A stretch of 64,000 nt of DNA. Origin: Octopus bimaculoides. Taxonomy: Eukaryota. Under the pieces are notes generated by a model that saw nothing but the letters and a program-made list of their open reading frames with translations, was not told where the DNA came from and ran no database searches. A program made the translations under genes and the position numbers. This document shows, piece by piece, positions 52,171 to 62,548 of this stretch; position 1 is the first letter of the stretch; every line of letters starts with the position of its first letter. The stretch covers positions 41,189,022 to 41,253,021 of the forward strand of contig NC_068982.1 in the NCBI RefSeq assembly GCF_001194135.2. Direction: 5' to 3'.

Positions 52171-53610
52171 CAATATCTTAGAGTCTATAAAAACAAAAAC
52201 AATGATTGATCGTTTTGAACACTAGATGGTCTCTCTCTCTCCTTTTCTCTCAGCCTCTCATGAAAGATGAAGGATTCATCAATTGAATTGACGCCAGTAT
52301 AATTACTTTATGAAAACCGGTTTGATCTGATGAAAAAAAACAAAAACAATGTAGTAGTCTATGAAAACAATCTAGACAAGACTTGTATAATTTGCATAAA
52401 CTTCACCACCGCAATACGACCATGAATTGGAAAGATCAATTAGTATGGAATAAATAAATACAGTAGCAACCGAACAATGCGAGGATTTCCTCAGATGATT
52501 AGTTGCTAGGGAAATAAGTTAACTGCTAGTAAATTCATGTACAGGACATATAGCAAAACAGAAAAATATCGAAGAATACTTATTGAAAAAGAAATATTTT
52601 CAAAAGCTATCAACAAGAAGAGAAAACAAATTCATTAGTAACAAAAACAAGCACGTACGCATTTACGCGCGCCTGTAAGCATTGTTTCATCCGCATAACT
52701 CTAGTCAGCATGGAAATAACAGGCGTTAGACGTTAAAAATGATGTGTGTGGTGCGTGTTCTCCCACTGACATTGTTTTCCCACAACTTTCTTTAAATTGC
52801 ACATTTTTTAATAAAAATTACCAGAAATACATTTTAAATGGTGCAGATTACGATACAATGAAAAAAAAACATTGAAAATAGGCAATAAATGGGAGAGAGG
52901 GAATCGTTTCACAATCCCACAATGTTTTTTTTTTTAAATATATATTTAAATTTTTAAGACACAAGTCTTTGAGTATGTAGTCTTTATAAAATAGGGGAGG
53001 GGGGAAAATTGTAATCTATATCGAAAATGTATCTCAAAAAAATTTTATTGAAAGATATGAATTTGACAAAGTTCAAGGAAGAAGTATGATCCTCCAAAGA
53101 AAAGGGGAAAAATCGTTAAAAATTATCTAAGAAAGTTATGATAAAAAACAAAGTCGGTGGGGAGATACACTCCTGAAGCTAAGCCTATTTTGTCTTATCT
53201 AAATAAAGATGTTCATACAATTTATATCAATCACACTACACCTGAAAATAGCCCAGTAAAATGAGTGCAAACGTTTAAATAACCCCTATCATACAATTTC
53301 CTACGATTTTTTTTTTTTGCCATGTGATGAATTCCATTTTAAACTTCGCCGTTAGTGAACAAAAATTACCCTGGAATTTTAGCTGACATTAAACAAAGCC
53401 CTACAGATGTTTCTTCAGCTTCATAAATTATCACAGAAAAACCTATATATTGGCATCAGTTCTTAAAAGTACATATGGCAAGCAATTCCATTGACTAAAC
53501 TGTACAACGCATAACTGCTCTGACTGAAAAACCGCAGCAAGCAATAAATTATGACTATTAGACCGTATCTACTCATTTAAAATATCTACCATATGCATGT
53601 ATTAAAATGC

Positions 53611-53629
53611 CACGTGTATGACCTATATT
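53611..53629. promoter_or_regulatory. Adjacent E-box (CACGTG) and RORE (AATATAGGTCA on minus strand) in a PGC-1 intron
   Basis: cacgtgtatgacctatatt; matches WAWNTRGGTCA consensus. Confidence 0.4.
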
Positions 53630-54304
53630 GTCTTTAAAATAAAAGTAGACAAGTAAAATCATCAGCAGATATATTATAAAAAAATATTTTAATTGCTTTT
53701 GTCAAGCTGCTATGTAATATAATGGCCAAATATAAATTCGGTTCCATATATCGCCCTTTGCCCATTTGCAGTACAAAAGAGGGAGAAAGCTAACTAAATA
53801 ATTCGCGATCAGCTGACAAGAGACAAAACAAAAGAATGTAGAGCATGGTATCAATTTTCAATTGCAGAACGAGGAAAAAAATAATAAAGGCTCCATAGAA
53901 AATAAATTTATCAACGATGATGATCATAGCCAGGCGCACGTGCGTCACCGATGAAAGCCGGTATCACTGCACTGAGACACTTTCAGACATATGGTTCTGT
54001 TGATTTCACATTCTTTCCTCTTGACATGCAAATAGCTTCAACGGAGAACTACATTGGGAAATAATTTTATCGAGATCTCATTAGACCGTTCAAATTGAAT
54101 AAATAACGGATTTAAAAGCAGCCAATTTGTGGGGGGGGGGGATATATATATACTCAAGCGAATCCGCATAAAAGGGATGTAGATATAATGAATAGTAAAC
54201 CCAAAATTTCTAAAATAAATAATTCAATATATTTAATATGCAATTTTTACTATCAAGAATAGTTTCCGAAAGAACTACTAGCTGGATAGAAATCTCTCTC
54301 TCGC

Positions 54305-54350
<46 letters not shown>

Positions 54351-55276
54351 GATGTTTTTTTTCATTATTATTAATAACATCACAAGTTTTGACATTTTAA
54401 TATGTACATAATTTTTTACAAGCATCAGATTCGTTCGGAAATCCTCGCAACCTCTTTTCTGACTGTCCACATTATTTTACATTTGAATAAATTAACCAGT
54501 AACGCTACACCATGCCCTCTTTAGTATAAGTTTCAATGCGTGTAAAGTGCGATCGCCTGGCTAGGGTCGCCCTGGTGTAATTAATCCCTTATATACTACA
54601 GCAGTCAGTAGCCATCTTCTCACAATATTTTAGCAGTTGCTACTAAAAGCCAGTTATTCATTTCCGTCAGCTATTTCCCATCCAACACCAATTACAAGAG
54701 TTACTAAGCCTAATACATAAAACAACAGTTTCCTCAGCCTACATAGCAGATTCAGTCCAAGTTCAACTATAAATGTTTGCAAAGCTTCAACTCAAAGCCA
54801 GATTTGAACAAACACAATGGAAGTAATGTTTGCATTGCAAAGCTTAAACTCCAAAACCAGATTTAAAATAAAGCACAGTGAAAAAGTAGAGGAGGTGGAA
54901 AATAGGATTGAAAACAAACTGGTTTTATAAGCTTCTGCAAAACAAATTATCACATAATTTTCGTTAAGAGAGTTGAAACCTCTCGCTAGTAATGTGACTT
55001 CATGCTTTGAGAGAGAAAGAAATTGCTTTTTACTCTAGGAGACCTGAAATTAACAGTTTATTTGCCTCTTATGTGGTACAAAGGAAATCAAAGACCTAAG
55101 TCCTTGGTAACGGCGACCAGTACTAAAAATAAATTCCATGGAAAGTGTTTGTTGTGAGACGAGGTGAAAGAAGAAGAAAGCAACATGTCCACTGTCCGGT
55201 TGAATGACCTGTGAACAAAAAACGATAACAGACTGGGCGACAGGTTGCTTGCTACTGAAGAGATATGACTACTTAC

Positions 55277-55302
55277 TGTCATGAAGATTACTGCTGTTAT
55301 TT
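55277..55302 (-). CDS. PPRC1: PGC-1 26-nt microexon (NNSSNLHD)
   Basis: gtttcttttgtttttcag acceptor, gtaagt donor; open in phase 2->1. Confidence 0.65.
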
Positions 55303-56236
55303 CTGAAAAACAAAAGAAACAAAATCAGCCACAATAAAAAAAAAATACAATATGAAATGTAATCAGTAATAAACATTTATAATTTTATTTTAAAGTTAGT
55401 AATTAAAAATTGGTGCGGAAAAATTGCCTTGAAATTTCGTCTTAAGTTAATTTGATTTTTCTCCAGAAAGAACTTTGACTACAACTCAGGATTTCACATG
55501 GCTATTATTGAATGAAGTATTGCAAGGACAATAGTTTATCCCAGTGAATTAGAACGTCTCAGATTTTTATGCAGGACGAGAGCTCAAAACATCTGAAATA
55601 ATTGAAGTTGTAAGACCGAACCTTTTTAAAACAAAGGATCTCTTTTGCTCAATAAATAAAAATCATTCAAGTGCTGTTTATTATAAAGGTGGAGTAAAGA
55701 GAATCTAGAAAAGAATTATAAAATTACAAAATCCCCAAAATATGATTTGTAACTGAAAAGTTATTTCAGTTAAAACCTATGATGTGGTTATTGGCTATCA
55801 ACACAGGTCTATAATTCTTTATAATCTGTAACATTTAGAGTAGTTGAGCTATTTATTTTATCGTCTTAACGTTGAAAGTTCAATTGTTTAAAACATTGTT
55901 CAATTCAAAAGATTAAGGTACATATGGAAAAGTTTATATAAACATTTCTTATCAAGTCTTCAACAATTTATAGACCTAAATACAGTTGTATTTTTTTTTT
56001 AAATGCGAATACCTAGGCAATAAAATGTGTTAAATGTAAATTCTACATCATTATAAATCAATATATATTTAGAATTGCGATTTTGTCGTAAGCTTTATCA
56101 ACTTAGATTTTAGTCCACGTAAGGACAATGAATATAGATTTTGGTAGCGAAAATATTTGAGGAGGGAAAAAACAACCCAAGGAAGGAAAATGAGATTTCT
56201 AATCTTTGTAACATTAATTATAAGTCTCATTTTCTC

Positions 56237-56266
56237 AAAAGATCGTCAAACGTTTGACGATCTTTT
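56237..56266. repeat. Perfect 30-bp palindrome
   Basis: aaaagatcgtcaaac|gtttgacgatctttt. Confidence 0.95.
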
Positions 56267-57817
56267 TAAGGACTGCAAACACGGAAGAAATATGATATAT
56301 CTAGGGATTCATGTTGCCGGTAGGCAAACCCGTCAGTGAGAAACGGGTTGCCGAAAAGAAGGGGAAAAGAAAAACATCACTATATAAAGGAGTTCAAGTA
56401 AATGTATCGAAAAATTGAAGTTTTAAAATATTTGCTAATGAAAAAAAAAAAAATTACAGTACATTTATTTCTAAAAGCCATAGGAGTGGATATCACATAC
56501 CATGTTTAGTCAGATCATGTAGGACTAGTGAAAATAAACCCACGTGAATTGCGACTAAAAAAGTTTACCATGATAAATGAGAGAATTTCAAAGGAATTTC
56601 ATTTAATGGTATTTTAAAAAATACATCTTAAATTGTTTAATACACCGCTTAGAGCAACCTCGTCAGAAAAAATTAGTTAAAATACTTTATTTAAATAGCG
56701 AAGCAACGGAATGATGGGATAAGATCACTTCAAAATAATGACTAAGGCACTTTATATTTCAGACGTGTCACATTTATAATTGTAAATTCTATTATATATT
56801 TCCCAAAGAAACTTCAGTTGATTTCGAGATCATTAAGAATTTAATGAAAGTATAAAAGCAGGGAAGCCTAATTTAGAAGTCGTTAAAGAGAAATACCATG
56901 TGGATTAATAAAATGCCAACTCTCCTCCCTTCTATTGTGACGTTGAAAAAACAGTTATCAAGTTGCGCAAGATCTAAGAGTTCGTTTTAACTAGTTCTAG
57001 TTGCAGAGTGAGAGTGCATTTAAAATTGATAGTTCGAATAAACAAACTGAAATGAATATAAATAATTTAATTCTATAAAAATTTAAGCTTAAATAAAAAT
57101 GGAGAAGTATCGAGAGAAATCATAAAGACGGGGGTCGAAATTCAATAGTTCACGAAACGAAAACAGATCCCCGTTTTGTGGCCACTGCATACATGTGCGT
57201 ATGAAAGACGTAGATGAATCACACATATACACACGTGTGCATGTAAAAAAAATAAAAAAATCCATAAATCTGCTGAAGACTCCTTTGGAAACCAATATAG
57301 GCACTATTTCAGTTTATACCAATACATGAAAAAGATTACTTTCTTTTATTTTAATGAACAGAATAGACAGCACTTTTGCAGAGGTTTAACACGTGGCTTA
57401 TTGAAGGAAGCCTTTCACGTCATAAAAATGCTTCCTAATAAGAACGATGGACGATTTTTTTTTATATAACCTGTAATTTTCAAATATACTTTTCAAAATT
57501 GTACAATAAAAATATAATCATAACATAAATGATAAATCGATAACTTACTTCATATTGGACAATACTGGTTACAGATGGGGTACATCCAACTATGGAACAT
57601 GTCAGGCTAACTTTAAAATATCAAAATCGTCGATTATAATATAAATGAATATCCAAATCCTGGGTTTAGATTAGAAAAACAAAACTTGCCGAAGGGTGTA
57701 TCCACTAAAATAATAACAGCAACATAAAAACGGTAACGCACCGACTAAGCATATTGCAAATACCGACAGAAAAAAATAATAACCAAATAAATTTCTATAT
57801 CGGCTTCCCGCTCTTAC

Positions 57818-57843
57818 AGTCGCAACCACTCCTTCTTATTCAT
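57818..57843 (-). CDS. PPRC1: PGC-1 candidate first coding exon (MNKKEWLR + ct)
   Basis: First in-frame ATG after in-frame stops, downstream of CRE/CCAAT; gtaaga donor; phase 2 fits next exon. No homology support by eye. Confidence 0.5.
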
Positions 57844-57959
57844 TTCTCCCTCTTCGTCTCATCGCAGTCATTGTCCTTATAGCTTCCCTTCCCTCCATAC
57901 ATCTTTCTCGCTCGCTCACTCTTTCTCTTTTTCCTTCTCTGTCTCCGGTTGCCTCTCTC

Positions 57960-58045
57960 TTTCGCATTAGCACGCTCTTTAATTGGCTACTTCCTTTCCT
58001 GACGTGATTTGTTCTCCACCTCCTTTGCAGTTGTGACGTCACTTG
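57960..58045 (-). promoter_or_regulatory. PGC-1 proximal promoter: perfect CRE GTGACGTCAC (58033-58042), CRE-like TGACGTGA (58000-58007), ETS-like GGAAGT (57989-57994), CCAAT (57982-57986)
   Basis: Motifs read directly; CpG-rich context immediately upstream of the candidate first exon. Confidence 0.6.
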
Positions 58046-59220
58046 GAGGGAACTGTACAGCTAACGCAGCAACCATTATGAAAACAGAGTGTTACGTAAA
58101 AGACACCGGCATCATTACGAAAAATATTTGATTCATCGCTTTTGGCGAGAGAGAAGCAGAAATGCATTGGGCTTGATTGACACGTTGATTATTGTGGTTT
58201 ATCATATGAAATATTTAGTAGTACAGAAAACTGAATTAGCTCTCTAGATGACGATAATCATATAACGTCTATCTAAATTCAAACTGACAACTTCATCCAT
58301 CACGTTTTGATGAGTTGCAGAAGCTGTACCGTACGGTATCTCTGTATTTTTGGCCCATGGCTTGGGTTCTGCTTCTAGTTCACGCAGATCTGGATACCCC
58401 ACTCCCCCACCCACCCCCACACACACTTTATTATTTATTTATTTACTTAGTTAATGTCTACCTCAACTTGAAGCACTTCGTGCCAACGAGGTAACCTTTC
58501 TTTAAACGATCATTCGATCTGTTACGGATGCTTGCCAAATCTTTAAATCACACGTTAAACGAAATAACTAAAAACAAAACAGATCATGATTGGAAGCCTT
58601 CTTCATCAGGCTTAACCTGTTGCTAAGTAACAATAACCCCCTTTCACTTTTTCAACGAACCAACAACACGGACGCAACGCTGTCGCTCGAGCGGCAAGAA
58701 ATAGCAGTCAAATCTCCCTCAAATCACACCTAGTGTCTTAGAAAGTACACATTTGATAACGAAGTTTTAGATGCAGGTGTGGTTGCATTGTCAGAAGCTT
58801 GCTTTCCAACCAAGTAGTCTTGGATTCAGTCCCACTGTGTGGCACCTTAGGCAAGTGTCTTCTATAGCCCAGGTCGTCACAATCATGGGGTTTTGAGTTT
58901 GATTCCTGGACCAGGCTGTGTGTTGTGTTCTTGAACAAGACACTTTATTTCATATTACTCCTGTACAATCACCTGTAGGAATCAATTGCGATGTCACTGG
59001 TGCCAAGCTGTGTCGGCCTTTGCCTTTCCCTTGGATAACAACAGTGGCACGGAGAGGGGAGGCTGGTATGCATGGGTGACTGCTGGTCTTCTACAAACAA
59101 CCTTGCTTGGACTTGTGCCCAGGAGGGGAACTTTTTCTAGGTGCAATCCCATGGTCATTCATGACCAAAAAGCGTCGTTACCCTTTATCCTATGTATGTG
59201 CATATTTTTACACACTTATA

Positions 59221-60048
59221 CAGGATATTTGGGCTAAATTTGGCAGTTTGCATTAAAGGAAAAGAATCTCATCCCCCAAAAACACAGTATTAAAAATTTT
59301 TTTTAAATATCAACTAGGTTGTGGGTGGGAGATAACAGTTTACACAAAGTAGCCACCCTCAGCTTCCACCATGACCTCAAGACGGCTCTGGAACCTGGGG
59401 TATGCATTCCTCACTGTGCCCCAGTAAAGATCATTGAACAGCCCTTTGATCTTGACTCAGCTCAGCCTTGGTGTTGCAGGCAGAGCAGTTGGTGTCTTTC
59501 TCAAGTGTGCCCCACATATAGTAATCTGTGGGGATTACAATCTGAGAAATTAGACCAGAAACTGGGGCTGGTGATGCTATAGAAATTCTACGACAACCAC
59601 TTCTAACTTCATCCTGTGGTAGGGCAAGGAGCCAAAGTCTGCTGTCTCACATATAGCCTTCCGACAGCAATCCTCTCCAGCCAGGGTTTGACCACAATCT
59701 CGAACAACTTCACATCGCCATCTGAATTAGGTTGGCACAATGTCACCCACCTGGAGACAAACCCAAGGATCTTATTGTCTTTGTTGCAGCTGTCCATGTC
59801 ATCTCTCACAGCCTTTACAGTGTTCACAGAGCAGTGAGCAGCAGTCATGATGTCAGCATTTTGATACCCAGCATGAATCATTATTATACTGATAACTCTT
59901 TTCCAATATTCAGATGGCTTCCAGTCCTCCATGTCTGATAACTTTTTTCTGAACTACAATTTTAATCTTTATGCTCTCCAACACCATTGACTGTTCACCA
60001 ATGAAAAAAGGAGATATAAAAATCATCAAATTTAGCCTGGACACCCTG
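59221..60048 (-). mobile_element. Internally deleted Tc1/mariner-superfamily element
   Basis: Imperfect TIRs cagg[a/g]t[a/g]t..[g/a]ggctaaatttg; remnants VKPWLERIA...QQ.LAP, SDCNP.DY.VWGTLE, RFQSRLEVMVEAEGGYF*. Confidence 0.82.
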
Positions 60049-60995
60049 TGTTACATACATAGTTGTCTGAGAAGCCATGGCAGGAGAAATATGCACACTA
60101 GTATATTTGTCCATAGAGTGGGTATATTAATCAAAGTTAATTGTATAATAGATCTATTTCAACTGATCTCACCAACTGGTTTCATACTGGATATTAAATA
60201 ACTGCATTAAGTAATACCAGATATACCTGGCATCCCTGAAGGCGACATATTGTTATCTATTACCCTGTGCAAAACTGCTTGACAAGGCCAACTAAAATGG
60301 CTTTATGACACTTTCGGCTTCAATTACTATGTGCATATATACATATATATGTGTGTGTGTGTGTATGTGTATATATATATTAATTACTAGTGAAGGTGTG
60401 TGGCTTAGTGGTTAGGGCATTGAGTTCAATTCCCTATTTGAGTCAGATATGGTTGGTTTAAATGTTAAAGAACCCAAGTTTAGTGATATTTTATATTTAG
60501 ATAGTGAAGGTGCATGGATTAATGGTTAGGGTATTTGGCTCATGATCACAAGGTCGTGAGTTCAATTCCTGGTGATGTATTGTATCCTTGAGCAAGACAC
60601 TTTATTCCACGTTGCTCCAGTCCACTCAGCTGACAAAAATGAGTAGTACCTGTATTTCAAAGGGCCAGCCTTGTCACACTTTGTTTCCATTAATTCTGTG
60701 TTTACGTTATATAACAATTCCTTTCGCATTTTTGTAGAAGTGTGCACACATGCCATAAATAAATGCTGTTACTAGGGTTCAAGTTTATCCCGGAAGTTCT
60801 ATTTCTCTTAGATGCTGTAAATAATCAATAAAACCTTAAACATGAACTTGTAAACCAGACCTATGATGATACAAATAAATTGAAATATTTAACTGACTCA
60901 TCATAAAATTTACTTTCACTTCATGCAATGTTGAAATCAGCTTCAATGTTTTATAACCTGAACTATCAGTGACCCAACGGGTCACAGGTAGTCTA

Positions 60996-61037
<42 letters not shown>

Positions 61038-62139
61038 NNNNNNNNNNNNNNNNNNNNNNNNNNNNNNNNNNNNNNNNNNNNNNNNNNNNNNNNNNNNNNN
61101 NNNNNNNNNNNNNNNNNNNNNNNNNNNNNNNNNNNNNNNNNNNNNNNNNNNNNNNNNNNNNNNNNNNNNNNNNNNNNNNNNNNNNNNNNNNNNNNNNNNN
61201 NNNNNNNNNNNNNNNNNNNNNNNNNNNNNNNNNNNNNNNNNNNNNNNNNNNNNNNNNNNNNNNNNNNNNNNNNNNNNNNNNNNNNNNNNNNNNNNNNNNN
61301 NNNNNNNNNNNNNNNNNNNNNNNNNNNNNNNNNNNNNNNNNNNNNNNNNNNNNNNNNNNNNNNNNNNNNNNNNNNNNNNNNNNNNNNNNNNNNNNNNNNN
61401 NNNNNNNNNNNNNNNNNNNNNNNNNNNNNNNNNNNNNNNNNNNNNNNNNNNNNNNNNNNNNNNNNNNNNNNNNNNNNNNNNNNNNNNNNNNNNNNNNNNN
61501 NNNNNNNNNNNNNNNNNNNNNNNNNNNNNNNNNNNNNNNNNNNNNNNNNNNNNNNNNNNNNNNNNNNNNNNNNNNNNNNNNNNNNNNNNNNNNNNNNNNN
61601 NNNNNNNNNNNNNNNNNNNNNNNNNNNNNNNNNNNNNNNNNNNNNNNNNNNNNNNNNNNNNNNNNNNNNNNNNNNNNNNNNNNNNNNNNNNNNNNNNNNN
61701 NNNNNNNNNNNNNNNNNNNNNNNNNNNNNNNNNNNNNNNNNNNNNNNNNNNNNNNNNNNNNNNNNNNNNNNNNNNNNNNNNNNNNNNNNNNNNNNNNNNN
61801 NNNNNNNNNNNNNNNNNNNNNNNNNNNNNNNNNNNNNNNNNNNNNNNNNNNNNNNNNNNNNNNNNNNNNNNNNNNNNNATTTGATCCTTTATATTGAACA
61901 CTCAATATTTCATCTACATTCAATACTTTATTTCATGGTGCCATCCATTTTTATTTTATTTTATCTTATTTTATATTATATATTGTATATTATATTATAT
62001 ATTGTATATTCCATATTCTATATCCCACATTGGTTCTGCAGGAGTATAAATAAAACATAAAAAACAGACAGTGTTGGAACTCTTTTAAACAAAATAATAT
62101 ATATATATATAGAGAGAGAGAGAGAGTGAGGGCACCTTT

Positions 62140-62548
62140 TGAGCATTGGATCTTATGGAGGCAATGTGGCCGATGTTGCATAACTATCAACCAAGCTGGT
62201 GGCACATAAAAGGCAGCTTTCAAGCATTGGGCCTCACTGAGGCAATGACAAATGACTGAGACTTTGGCAATATGCCGTGCTTGAGAAGAAGCCACATCAA
62301 GCCATATGAAATCATAGTCATGGCATGGAGCCATATGAAATCGTAGTCGTGTCACATAACTGGCAGGTAAAAAGCACTCATTACACTCTCGGAGTGGTTG
62401 GCATTAGGAAGGGCACCCAGCCATAGAAACTATGCCAAATCAGACTGCACCAGACTGAGGAGTCTGGTGCAGACCCTCAGCTAACCAGCCCTGGTCAAAC
62501 CGTCCAACCCATGCCAGCATGGACAACAGACGTTAGATGATGATGATA
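62140..62548 (+). mobile_element. Long family B / RTE 3' end copy
   Basis: Extends 5' into LINE ORF end (tgccgtgcttgagaagaa) and ends gatgatgatgat. Confidence 0.8.

Larger units (their letters stand above)
31026..57843 (-). other. PPRC1: Gene model span of PGC-1 family transcriptional coactivator (PPARGC1/PPRC1/spargel ortholog), 12 coding exons, 997 aa
   Basis: complement join(57843-57818,55302-55277,49947-49879,47561-47534,46052-45760,44433-42558,39967-39707,38470-38425,37145-37024,35775-35717,33430-33347,31129-31026) = 2994 nt, uninterrupted frame; DHDY motif, RS domain, RRM (EERRIVYVGK...DNYGFVTF...FDVCFGGRRTFC..SYADLD) and C-terminal FEQLLKE are PGC-1 family hallmarks. Confidence 0.92.

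Noticed and set aside
55088-55282. 64-aa ORF (MTVSSHISS...) as the first coding exon
   Set aside because: It reads through a strong gtaagt donor at 55276 and would need a weak gtcttt donor; the 26-nt microexon model fits splice signals better, though this alternative is not excluded
57876-57881. TATAAG as the definite TATA box of PGC-1
   Set aside because: It would leave a ~7-nt leader before the candidate ATG; it cannot be decided without TSS data, so it is kept only as an alternative model
58244-58426. ORF containing YPDLRELE, reminiscent of PGC-1a CPDLPELD
   Set aside because: No polypyrimidine acceptor or ATG context, weak donor, and it lies upstream of the CRE/CCAAT promoter; probably chance
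60385-60575. tRNA-like sequences with A and B boxes (also ~8536)
   Set aside because: No complete cloverleaf; they continue directly into SINE bodies
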